Positions 36,512 through 49,113 of a stretch of 64,000 nucleotides of DNA are shown here, one piece after another. Below the pieces are notes generated by a model, which was not told the origin of the DNA, ran no database searches, and saw only the letters and a list, made by a program, of their open reading frames with translations. The stretch comes from Balanoglossus misakiensis (taxonomy: Eukaryota; Animalia; Hemichordata). The stretch covers positions 6,745,677 to 6,809,676 of the forward strand of contig CM082592.2 of the NCBI GenBank assembly GCA_040954595.2, written 5' to 3'. Made by a program: the position numbers and the translations under genes. How positions within the stretch are numbered: position 1 is the stretch's first letter; every line of letters starts with the position of its first letter.

Positions 36512-39500
36512 AGCAGCGTTTACAAAGCCCGCACAGCGATCAAGAGAGACAGACATCAGCGATCCCTAAACAGTAAGTATTTTTATTTTGCAAAAAGTGA
36601 TTTTCAGCACAACGATGCGCCTATTCCAGCACATGACATGTAGCTGTAGTATTGTCACGTGTGTGACCGATATTGAAATTCTTCCGTCGACCTTGTGTCA
36701 TGTCCTTACACTCAAGAACACAAATGTTTATGCACATTGCATATGCCGATGTACCGTTGTACGTGTGTTGACGCTAATGTTATTGAGATCGCCGCTTGGC
36801 TGGCAAGGTCACTTGTGCAATCAATATTGCCATTCGCAAACCGTCTTTTCCATTCCTCATGATCGGTGAAAATTGATTTAGCGTGTTTATTTGCCACTTC
36901 CGTAGTCGTCGGTCAGTGCCAGTTGGCAACGAATTCAAAACGAAACCGGCGTTAGCAAGTGCGATCGTGACGCAAGTGATTTCCGGGTAATTTCCTAAAC
37001 CAGTAGGTGGATTCCGCCGATCGCATCTATTAATTAATAAAGACATTACGAAATCGCTCTGTGCTGTTGTGTAACGAATTGCAGTGAATGCATTTCATGT
37101 CATTTTCTCCCAAAATATATTTATTGACATTCCTTGCCAACACACTGAGAAAAAGACCTTCTCATCCCATGCTGTTACGCGTCGCCCACGCATTCAATGT
37201 TGAATTTTAATTTGCAATGCAGTTCCCCAATATAATCATCTGTCTATTAACAGAAGATGATTATTTGAAAAATCACGTGCAAAGACAAGCAACCAATGCC
37301 ATATTTCCAAGTTCATCATGGAGCTTTTTAAATTTTATATTGCTGATTTATTCGAGTTAATGAAATCTGTATGTAAATGTGTATCCCACCCACATAATCA
37401 CATTTGCAGTAAATGTGATTAAGTGTCCTTGAATCCCCAAAGACAAATAAAAAGGTCATCTTTAAACATCAGTATGGATACACTATCTAATGCAAACTCT
37501 GTATGCCCAGAAACCTTGGAGTAGAACATCCATGACCATAGACAAATGAGTTTGGTTGCATTGCTTCATGAATTTGAACTTGGTCTATTTTGTTGTTTTG
37601 TCCTTCAGTCTAGGCATTAATATATTCAGATGTTTATGCAAAGGCCACATAGGGCTTCCCTTTCATTTTCAAGCTATTGTGCTGGCTGATAACAAAGAAC
37701 TTACACCTATTGAGAATGCAATCCCTGTGTTCCATCTTTGGTCTCCAGGCAGCATCTTGTAAAGAATAGTGTTCAATCCATTGTTCAGTGTGCAAAAATA
37801 ACAATACATTGTGTGCAGATTCTTCAATTTAACCATTTGAAGATTTGTGAGGGATGAACATCAAAAAATAAGGTGGTTACTCACTGTTTGGTTCTTACCA
37901 AATAGATATGTTGTTGATCAGTTTTGTTGAAGAAGTTCTCATTTTTCTATTATTGAGAAGGTAAAACTTCATCATTTCTTTGTACATGTACTGCGTTATT
38001 TTTTCCCAGGACTGTGTCACAGTTAATGGCCCAGCTTCAGTCTCAGCGGACGACCGCCCCGAGCAACTTCCACGCGGCGCTGGCCAATCCACTCACCGCA
38101 CTCCTACGAGAACCGGTCAGCGTTCCCAGCGGCTACCCAGTGAACATGTCGGGACATTTGTTTGGGCAGCAGCAGCAGCAGCACCCTCCGAGCAAGCCTC
38201 CCCTCCCTCCTCCGCCGCCCCCTCCCCACTCGGACTTCGTCGGTCGGCACAACATGCCGCGGTTCCCGGCCCCGCCCCCTCCAGCCCACCACCACGTCAC
38301 GGCCGTGCACCATCACATCATCCAGCAGTACGCACAGCAGGGACAGAAAGGACCCGGCTTTCCGGCCGGAGAGGCGCTTCCGGGAAATCTGTCGAAACAG
38401 GCAAGGCAACAGCAGATACCACCCATCAATATGACAACAGATAAACAAAGGCAGCACTCACCGGGTTCAGTACAACCAACCATACAGGCCCCGCCGCCTC
38501 CACCCCCACCACCACCAGAACCTAAGATGGTGGAAATTGTAAGTAATGCACCGATTCATTTACATGAAACTAGTCAAGGAACCTATTTTCCAGAAGAAAA
38601 TAAGAACTACACACCAATCTGTTCTTTGCTGTATTGCAACCACTTGTACGGAAATCTGGATATTCTGATTTTTTCTTTTTCTGTCTCCGTCTCCTTCAGC
38701 CAAATCCATTTTGTCTTACGCCACAAATATTCCCTACCAGAGTGAGTCGACTGGTGCGCACAGAAGAATCGCATTACAACACAAGGTGAGAGGGATATCT
38801 GACAGGAATAAAACCAAAGAAACGTTTGAGTTGAATTCTCAATCAACTGGCTGAGAATTATTCTGGAAGTCGTTTACTAACAGCACATATTTCTCATGCA
38901 GGAATGGTGGTTGTATAAACCCAGCGAAGGCTCTGGACCTGCTTCGAGCGGTTCTCCAGGGTTCCATCAACAAAGAAATCAAGAAAGTCATGGACAAATA
39001 CAGACAGGTATGCAACCCTGAAAACAGAGTCCTTGTTTGGTGTGTTGGGTATATGCAATATCTGAATCTGAATTTATGCAATGTGCTAAAACCACAGACA
39101 GTAGACACATAAACGCTTGGAGTTACTAAGTGCCTTGGCCTTGACCCTAATAGTAATGAACCTCTTGACTTTGTCTGGTTAATCATGTTCAAATTTCTTT
39201 CCTCCACACAGTACTTTGACGCCGCAGCACATAATGTGAAAGAAAATTACGGAGAGAAGGCGGTATCAGAAGCAAATATACTGAGCACATTTCAAGATGC
39301 CTTGGAACAGGTCAGTAAAATGACAGATTTAAAGACTCAGAGATCACAGAAAATGTGTAAGATACACACTTGTACATCTGTACAGTCAGGATTTGTCCTG
39401 GAAATGCCATATATATTGAACTTGGGACTTCATAAAGCATGCATTATTGAATCATAATGGTTATCTTCATTTTTCCTGATTCCCCCCAGGCAAAAGAAGT

Positions 39501-40918
39501 ATTTAAATGCGATGACACATCTAGTGTTGCGTCGTGTAAAACAGATCACGATGATGCAAGGGATGAACCAGCCAGAAAAGTAAGTCTCTTGACTGCCAGG
39601 TCACTGTCGAATGTCACGTGTTGTGGTTGACTGTGGCCTGATGGCCCCTGTTGTTATTGCACACATATGTAAGCCACTACTGAAATATTACATACGAAGA
39701 CACATATTATCATCAGTGAAAACCATGTGATGGATGGTTGCAGTTTACAGACTGACTGTATTCTGAGAAATGATTTTTTTGTTCTGCTTTCAGAAATTCA
39801 AACCTCTAACAGAAGTCAGTTTTCCACCTCTTGTGAGAAAGGTAAGTGCCACCTTATTCTGCTTGCACCTGTGCAGAGCTATGAAGTCGTTGAAATACAC
39901 ATAGGAGTTCACAGTCAAGGGGTTTTTGTGAAGAAAAGATTGCAGTCGCTAAGAAATATTGATTTAAAAAAAATGCAAACTCTGTTTCTTTCAGCGGAAA
40001 GGAAGGCCGCCTCGAGAACACAAGCCCAAGCCAGAACCTGTCAAGAGAGACGGTCCAAAATGGGATCCAGAGAGGTTGAACGACGACACCCTATTTGTGA
40101 TGGGCGCAAGGGCTAACAAGTAAGTTTTCATGGTGAGGGAGGCTGGACTGTTTCAACATTATGCTAGTTGTTCATCTGTGTTGATGGAGCTTTTTGTACA
40201 TTAACCTTTCTTCCTCTTTTTGTTTTTTATTAAGGGCTCTTGGTCTAGGCGCAACTCGAGGTCGGTTATATTACAAGCACCCAGAAATGTTCAAGGTAGC
40301 TATCTTACTTACATATCTGAGCCTCAGAGTAATCTAATTGAATGACTCGTACCATTTGAAACAAGGGTGGTCTCTACTAAGTAACTAGACATTTATTTGA
40401 CCGTTTTAATCATCACTCTAGTTAGTCTCAGTTAACAAAGAAATTTTCAGTGCCAGTACCCTACCTTGATGTTACTGTTATCCCACAAAATTCCTTAATT
40501 ATTTATTCCCACACCGGAATGTAACCTTATGTGTCAATTTTCCTCATTCCCACAGTATGCGGGTGACCAGGAAGACAAACAGTGGCTGTACGAGAATGGG
40601 CTCATGCCGGCAACTGGCGGCAAGGCATTTATACTTATAGTGGAAGACATGTTAGATCTAGCCGAAACAGATGAATACAAGTAAGTACATGAGTGTCATG
40701 ATATTTGTTATCATATTTTACCTGGGAACTCAGCATCATCAAGTGTCTACCAAGGTAAAGACTTCAACACCGTCATCATCAATGTTTCTCTTTTTGCTTT
40801 CAGAAATAATCCAGAACTGTGTCTTAATGAAATTAAACCTTTCAAAGTGAACAAAAAGATTCAAGAGAAGATGAAGGCTTACATGAGAGCAAACAGGACA
40901 GATGGCCTGACAGAATGA
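36505..40918 (+). CDS. DNTTIP1: Deoxynucleotidyltransferase terminal-interacting protein 1 (MiDAC subunit)
   Basis: Exons ~36505-36572, 38010-38538, 38700-38784, 38902-39007, 39212-39310, 39490-39579, 39794-39841, 39995-40119, 40235-40295, 40556-40680, 40804-40918. Motifs: NPAKALDLLRAVLQGSINKEI, AAHNVKENYGE, KRKGRPP, GPKWDPERLNDDTLFVMGARANKALGLGATRGRLYYKHPEMFKYAGDQEDKQWL. Confidence 0.93.
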
Positions 40919-43552
40919 AAATGAAATGTAAAATAATGTACATTGAATATAGAATTTAGTAATTGCAGGGAGATTCCTTGATCAAATTGCTCTCTCAGGT
41001 TTTGGAGAGCCTGGTGCTTCGACCTCCTCCAACCTATTCTCACTGCTTTGCTGCGGTCCACTATACTTGCGCGTTGGTGAAACATGGAGCAAACCATTTT
41101 GGAAATTAGGGGAGTTGCCCCAGAAGAGACACCATGATGTCCTGGCCAGCTGGTGTATCCACACTGCATTCCGTTGTTACTAAAAATCGTGGAGACAGGT
41201 TATTTGTGTCATCTCCGCAGCTGTGATTCCCAGCTGCCTCCGGAACAGACCTCGATGTACCGAGAGATCCTATCCTCTTTCAGAAGATTTGTACAGTGAC
41301 TGAGCAATTTATTTGGAAAGTCATCCACAAAGATCCATCTGAAAACACTCGTCTCACTCCGCACAAATTTAAAGTACTTGAAATTAGTTAGCTCAGAGTT
41401 ACTTTGAAATGATAAAGTTATTTTGTTTCGTCTACATTTTTCCTTATGGATAAATTTTTCTTGTCTATATATGCTCCATGAAATGTATACACGCATTACT
41501 GTGCTGAATTCATTTTCACTGCCAGTAAATTGTGATGGATATGTGAGTGGGAGAAAAGGGCAAACTGCCGTTATATTGCAATACAAGTGTGCACGACAAT
41601 GGAAAATGTAGACACAGAATTCATGACTGATATCAACTTTGCTATCAACATTTGTGTAAAAATCTTATGTATTTAATAAGTAATATTTATGTTACATATC
41701 TGTATTAATATTATATTCATTAACGCCATGACAGATCAGTCTGGGCTTTCACTGCAAAGGTCAGTCCAAGTAAAACGCATTCATTCTGATTGAATGCAGA
41801 ATGCTGTTATGCAAACGCTTTTTTGACAAACACACCCCTGGAGATAGTAGGGGGTGAAGGTCAAATGTCAAAGGTTATATGCAGATTTCTCACGCATTAT
41901 TTAAATAAGCCTTTCAGCTCTCAGGAAGTTGTACCTTCACCCTGATCAGGTGGTACTTTCCTGCCTCAGTGCCAATCAGAACTGTGGGTCTTTTTCATTG
42001 AAAATGACTTGTTTGAAAACCACTTTGTTATCTGGCAATAAAAGCCTATCCCAAAAGTATTTTTTTGCGATAGAACACTTGTTTTGAAAGCTCCCTCCAG
42101 AGACAAAATCTGGTTGGTTTTAGTTCTTCACTTTCACTTTCTCTCATTCTAACGCATTTTCTTTCAAAAGTAATGTAACCATTAATAAGTGCTGTTAATG
42201 TAAATATGTATATTGAAATGCACTGACACTGAGTTATATCACTGTTAAGAAATTGTAAATATAGAATTAATAGAAATACTGGTTCACTGTATGTCATCGA
42301 CTCAAAGGTCACAAATTCTGATATTGTTTTCTTAGAAAATATTCAAGAAAATATGGGCAGCCATCTTTTATTTGTTTCTCATCCAGACATCTTAAAACCA
42401 GTTGGTTCGCCAGATTAAAACTGTAAAGGTGAAAACTCATACTTTCATTTTGTAATATAAATAGCTTAAAGGCAAATAAGCACAATTTGAATTTCCTCAT
42501 AAGTTCTGAAATCTGCCGTATTTTAACTTATTTAATTTTACATGAAAAGAAAATTCCAACCTGACCATAGGGGGCGCTTTGCAAACCTGAGGGTCCGTCG
42601 CAAAAAATAGAACCCAGTTATAGAGATAGTTTTTCCACGTGGGCTTTCAATGCTATACAACCATGACTGAATACATTTTGTTGTGTAATTTTTTCCTGCA
42701 TATCATGAAAATAACATTCAATGCTTAATAATTCAGCAACTTGTCTCTGCTTTCTTTTCTCGAGTGAGTGAAATGATGTGTACTTGCGATTGTTGAGTGC
42801 GGTGATATACATCACGGCACTGCAGCTATTGTAAAATCTTTTACATTTAATTTCAACGATTACACTTCGTGACGAAGGTCCTATTCAAGTTGTAGCTCCG
42901 CGGATGACATAGGCCTAAGGGGTTGCAACCCCAAATATGGCCACCGATGCGCAGCTAAACAGATTATCTGCTGATGTACATTCTCGGAGAAGCCATACAA
43001 TACAAAAGTAGTACGTGCGCAAGTGAATGCCTCCACAGTTCACCATTCAGAAGACATCGAGATAAATTATCTCGGTTAAAAAAACCTTCATTAAGATTCG
43101 AAGCAAATTCGAAAACGGTAGCTTGTATATAGGCAGGGCTTTGCCCGACTAATACGTCGTATATGTGAATCCAATTACACGTTTTGTCAGTTTGCAAATT
43201 GAAAGGAAGTCAGAAAAATAGCCACGACTGTTTCATGCAAAATGCAGTACAGCTGCTGCTGTCTTCATTCTGTCATCCTTTGATGAAAGGGTCTGAAAAG
43301 ACACTACCAGAATAACTGAACACTCAATTCGGAAACATCCTCACGAAAGACAAGTAAATTTGAATTAAAGCGGTAAGAAAAAGTCGTTTTGAAAAGTGTG
43401 AATATTTTGCCTGTTGGCGGGCGTATGTGGCTTCGACGTAACGCGGAAAAATACGTATGCCGTACGTATTTTCTCTTCATCACAGCAAAATACGAGGACA
43501 TCTTTGTGTCGTCTTGAAGAAATAGGCCTATAGTTTTTCTGACAAACGGCTC

Positions 43553-44122
43553 TCAGCCCGCTCTGTCGTTCACGGCTTTGGTGCCATCTGCGTATCCTTC
43601 TTTGACACGGCCGATAATGAAGTCAAACAGTTTCCTCCAGGCTTCCCTGACTTCTGGGGTGAATTTATCTCCTTCCAGGGTTATGTCCCACGTGTACATC
43701 ATGCAGTCTGTGTATATGTTGAAGAAGTCGTTTTTTACGCCATTGAAGTCCGCGTGTCTCCTGCCCAGGTTGTACAGCAGAACGGAGATGTCCCCGTCCA
43801 GGTTCTCCAGGTTCTCGATGACGGCGCCGACGGACTGCATGAAGCGGCGCCCGTGCATTTTGAACGACTCGTTCTGCGTCAGAAGGCTGTCCGGGATGTA
43901 GCGGAACGGGAACAGGTCCTTCACGGACGGGACGACGCTGAAGATCCGCAGGAAGATCTTGCCTCCGTTCGTTGTCATGTCGGAGGCCATAAACGGCCAG
44001 GTGCCGCGCAGTATGCTCACCTCGATGGGTGTAAATTCCACCGCCTTTGACATCTTGGGGAGCGGCTCTTTTGAAGTCGAGTTCCGCGGCGCGACAGCGT
44101 GAGTGGAATCCGAGCAGCCCAT
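43553..44122 (-). CDS. Globin (globin X/neuroglobin-like) with an N-terminal myristoylation/palmitoylation signal; intronless CDS, 189 aa
   Basis: Start MGCSDS at 44122. Globin-fold residues: A-helix W (LRGTW), B-helix GGKIFLRIF, C2 Pro and CD1 Phe (PSVKDLFPF), E7 His (FKMHGRRF), F8 His (LGRRH), H-helix FTPEVREAWRKLF. Confidence 0.92.
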   Translation of the reverse strand: MGCSDSTHAVAPRNSTSKEPLPKMSKAVEFTPIEVSILRGTWPFMASDMTTNGGKIFLRIFSVVPSVKDLFPFRYIPDSLLTQNESFKMHGRRFMQSVGAVIENLENLDGDISVLLYNLGRRHADFNGVKNDFFNIYTDCMMYTWDITLEGDKFTPEVREAWRKLFDFIIGRVKEGYADGTKAVNDRAG

Positions 44123-47100
44123 GCTGTAGAGATGTCCCTTCAGTTCACGATATAGCAAATACTTTTTTTGTGGAAATATCTGTATTAAATCGTCTCAGTC
44201 TAATAAATAAACCAGACGTTCTCGTTTCAGCATACCTCGGAAGACAACACAGCCGTGTCAATAGTCACGCTTGCCGTCGATTGTCAACAATTATCACTTT
44301 CACAGTGTCAAAAAGGAGGCGATGGTCAGATCTGATAAATAACGCGATGTAAAAAACGAATCCAAACACGAACGGAGCTCGTCACACTTTCTGGAAATAG
44401 GTGCATGGACAGCCTCCCTGTAATACTGCAATCAAATCTTCGCTGGTGGCCAGACCATATGAATAACGTCAATTATCAAACTTACACGCAAACATCCGAT
44501 ATTAAGTGATTCGCATGCAGACGTCGTCACGGCCATTCATCATCCGCTCGCCCTAAAGAAGAGAATAAACAGAACCGTTAGACTAGCAGTCCAATCACTA
44601 GCCGTAGGATGTAGTCTCAATTGTCGAGCAATATAGGCGCTGCAGCACACGGAATGAAATGTCAAGAGCTCATGACAAGCAAACTACATCACACAATCGG
44701 GGACGGAGAAGGGGTTGCCCACGCAGACTAATATTTCAAATATTTGACGATATTACGATATTGCGTGAACGACAACATTGAATAACACTACGGCGGTATA
44801 AAACGTGACAAAATCGTAAAAAAATATACGACTACAAATTCCCATTCCTACATTTTTACGACCGTGTTATGGCTGTTCGTTCATTTAATGGCGTGAAAAC
44901 TTTAAAAAATGGCACCGAAGATCACATCGCCTTGTATTGTGATTATAAGAGACAATACTAAACCTATCCTTTACACCTTCATTTCAAGACCACTGACACG
45001 TGCATTCATGCGACTCACTTCAAAGGCCCGCCAGTATACATGTATACATGTATAGGTTTACTCCCAGGGGGTGATTCCCTTGTCTCTAGTTCGTGCAAAG
45101 CTAGAAGAGGGGTCTTGTGGGATTTGTAGAACCCGAAAACATCCGGTTAGATTATTGACTGTGCAATAAAAATTCCCACCTGAATGCACTCAGAACCAGT
45201 AACTTTCGTTCGTTTCTGATACACTTTTAAAACCCCATTAAAGCTAATTTCAAACATTAAACTGAATAGGAGAATAATATAAACCTTCGTCAGCTGTCGC
45301 TAAAATTCTAATCACCTGTCATTATTTTTCCTGCGAGACGGTAATCAATTTGTAATAAGATTATTTATAATCCCATGTAACTATGCCTGTATGTTATTGG
45401 ACTGCATAGACGTTCCATGTGGCACATACGTTTTTCGATTCAAAACATTTAGCGACATCGTTTTAAATTACTATTTTGTTGATCGGAGATCTGAATACTC
45501 GCGGCAGCAGGTGTATAGATCATAAATTATACAGTATATTTATTACACCTGTAAACGGGACATATGCGAGTCCAATGCCCCAAACCGCAGAATTTCACGA
45601 CAAACGGAGACACCGAAGTGGGATTTTCAGCATCAACCAGTGACTATTTTAAATAGCAAGGTCTTGTGATAAATGAAAGGTCGTCATCTGAAACGCAGCA
45701 AATGGCAACAACTGAAGTAACTCATGGCCTCGTCTGAATTTATACTCGTTGCCTAGCAACAGAATTCATCATTATTATTTTGTCGTTCCGTCACGAAAGC
45801 CCAGGGCAGGGGGTCGGTCGGCGTTTAATAGCTTTCATATCACCCATCATCGGTGTGTGGTAATATCATATTTAATATCGAGAGTGATATTCATGATGCA
45901 AATGGCGGTACTTGCTTTGTAAGGGTTTTCATTGTTACGCAGGAGGATGCTATTATCCGTTGACACTGGTAAGGGGGTATCGCGTTGCAGTTTATAAATA
46001 AGTAAAAGGCGACTATGTAGAAAGCCGGTGGTAAAATTCTCACAAGTCAGGATAGAAATTCGTTGTGTTTGAACACTGCAGAATCTTGTATTTGTGGGTT
46101 TTTTTTTCAAAGTGACTCACAGCGGCTTGAGAAAGGCCGACATCAATTTAGGGTGATGGGGAGTCCATACCAGCAGCGCGTATTCGACAGTCTTGTCAGA
46201 AGTATATTACAAGGATTTCTCTTTGTCTATAGGGTCACAGCGACTTATTTTGAAGAACGGCCGCGTATACCCATATCAGGAAATAATACCACGCGGTTTA
46301 ATCTGCCCCCCGAGGACTTCAGGTGGAACAGTCGTTCGGCGTCACAGCGTGCTCATATAATTTCCGTCGTCGGGTGAAAGTGGTTCAACGTTGAATCCAT
46401 TATCAGAGACCCTCAGGATATTAGTATCTTACAAAATGGAGCGTCGTGTCGAGAGGTTTACATTTCGGTGAAATATTTTAGAGGTTTTTGTCGAGGTATA
46501 AGAGACACTGGAAAAAGGCACAGGAATATTCTGTGGTGCTTCGTTGCCTGGCACCACATGTCATGGTGTCATTGAGAGCTCTTAGGCGTCGAGACAAAAA
46601 ATAAACAGCCACCTTGAAACGACCAAGCTCATCTGTCTTGTAAATCTGAGCAATTCCAATCCAGGTACAAAGATTTCATCACTTCAAATACACCGTTACG
46701 TAGCAGGATTTCCCCTCGAGGGAGATGGGCGGCAAACGAGCAGCTTTGTCCGTAATTGCTGACACGCACGATTTTCTCATTTGAACTGAGTGCGTTCCGG
46801 TGCCGGGCAATTGAGCGAAAAAAGCTTTGCACGAGGTCTCGCTTATAAATAAACCTAAAACCATCTGAACTGACTAAAACAGGAATTCACAACTCAGACA
46901 GCGAAATCAGACCGAATAACAAAATTGCGGGGTTATTTTTATGATGACACTAGAGAAAATTTAGCTCATACGAAGAATTCGCCATTCGGGTAACCATGGC
47001 AATGTTCTCGAATGGCGAACAGAGATCAAACGAGTGTAAAAAGGGAGATTTTTCGCCGTAATGAGAAATATCATCTTTTGCAGGCTTTTGCCACATGAGT

Positions 47101-49002
47101 ACGCTACGATATATATCACTGACTCTTTGGAGCTCCCCGTATGAGAGGTTTCGAGGCAATGAAAAACTGAAACTTCGCTGGTTGAAAATCTATCATGTCG
47201 AGTGCGTATTGTCGATTGCGGATAAACTGTTGGCAATGTAATGGGTCGTAAACGAAAGGGTCACCTATAACCTGTCGCGACCAAATGAGGTCACACGATA
47301 ATCACGTTTGCGCAGATTAAACGGACTAATTTAGTCGCGTTCTTTTCCTAAACCGTGGTAAAGTGGTCGGTTGTAAACACGCCTTCTCTGTCTGTATACG
47401 TGCAGTGCAACATGGCTGCGCGTGCTATACACTCCGAGAAAGATTGACCATGCGTGATTAGGGCGGTATTAACTATCAGAGCTGTATTAATTACTAGTAT
47501 CATCAGAGAAACGGCGCCAGATTATGACAATAAATCACCACTTAAAGGAAGATATAAAAGTCACGAGAAGTAAATTCTGTACAATATATCACACGCACAC
47601 TATCCGTTGTGGAAACTATTAACAATAATACAATGTATCACCCCGCATTAGGTTGGATATAAATAATGGGAACGCAAACAAAAAATTGAATTAAACATTA
47701 TGGCGTTAACATGCTAACGACGCTAAAATGCGAAGCTATCATTTACGGACATTAGTCAAACTGATCATGTTACGGTCTATGTTTCTGACGATGTGGACGA
47801 CACAGCCAATGAAATGTTAAAAAACACGCGTTTGAATTTAGGCCCTTTTTGGCACTCACTACATGCTAAAGATAGATCGAAGCGCATAAGAGTCGCCTTG
47901 CTGTTCAGTAAAAACACTATATTCGCATTAGAAGGACGTAATGTGTCATTTAGGCACGTTTGTGTAGAATCAACTTACCTTTCCATCCGTTTAGATTACG
48001 GGTTGTGTCAGCCTGAGTCAGATAGACTTCTTCTCCGGTGCAAACGTCTCCAGTGCCGGCCTAGTCGCAACTATACGTCAGCAGCCCTCGGACTGGTTTT
48101 GACGATAACGAGCTGAATGCGGAGCCTATAGCCTGCCAGCATCATCTCATATGCGCACCGCCGACGCGACGCTATACGGGCCTAGCTGAAACAGTTGTAC
48201 GCGGCCCGCATTCGTGTGCGTAAAGATTGCGTGATATTTCTGCGATACTCGTAATTATATTCCTTAAACTAGAGAGCGAAAAAAGGCGAACGCTCTCTTG
48301 CGTTGATTCGTGCTTTAAGTGCATTCGTTGAGTTGACAACACATCGATCAAGCCCACAGGGACTATCTCAAGACTCCTATTTTAAACACGTAATCTATTA
48401 CAATGTAGTTTGATTGGGAACATGTTTGAAAACGGTGTTCAAATTTACTATTTCTGTCACGTTAGCCTAACAGTCAAATTAGTTCAGTTATAATCTTAGA
48501 GTCGGTAAGCTATTGCACGACCTTTTATCGTAAAGTTTCGACCTTGAGTTTTGTGCGCGTGCTCTGTCAATATCGTGTATTTGCATTTTTACCATTTTAA
48601 CAATGGCAATGGTGAAAGATTAAACCAGAAAACGACAATTTTCCCCGTTTAGAGATCAAGCAGAGATCGGTGCATTCGCGGTTGCTTGGCAACCATTCCT
48701 GCATCGGGGAAAATAAAAGGAAATGACGAAAATTCGAAATGTTCTGGTTAAAGTGCCACCATTCGCGTGTTTGTCGTGACGCGTTTCCGTTTAAACGCGC
48801 AAACAAAGTTGAACACTTCAACAAGAACAGTGGATGAAAAATCCTAAGTTGATTTGTCTCGAGAGCGGACCGGATGGAGACAGAAAAAAAATCTATTCAA
48901 ACTGTTGCCTCTGAAATAGGTGTACTGCAGAGGTGGCGGGGTTGTCGTTCGTGTTTTTGTTATTCTCGAGGAGTAATTTAGCATCTACATTATAATAACG
49001 AC

Positions 49003-49113
49003 GCTATATGCATATGTATAAGCATTTGGGGATGCATACAACGCTATTGGTCATTCGTTTGCATTGATATGCATATGCATAAGCAGTTTAAGATGCATAC
49101 AATGCCATTGGTC
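49003..49113. repeat. Imperfect ~50-bp direct repeat (two copies), each ending in ATTGG
   Basis: tatatgcatatgtataagcatttggggatgcatacaacgctattggtca versus gatatgcatatgcataagcagtttaagatgcatacaatgccattggtca. Confidence 0.7.
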
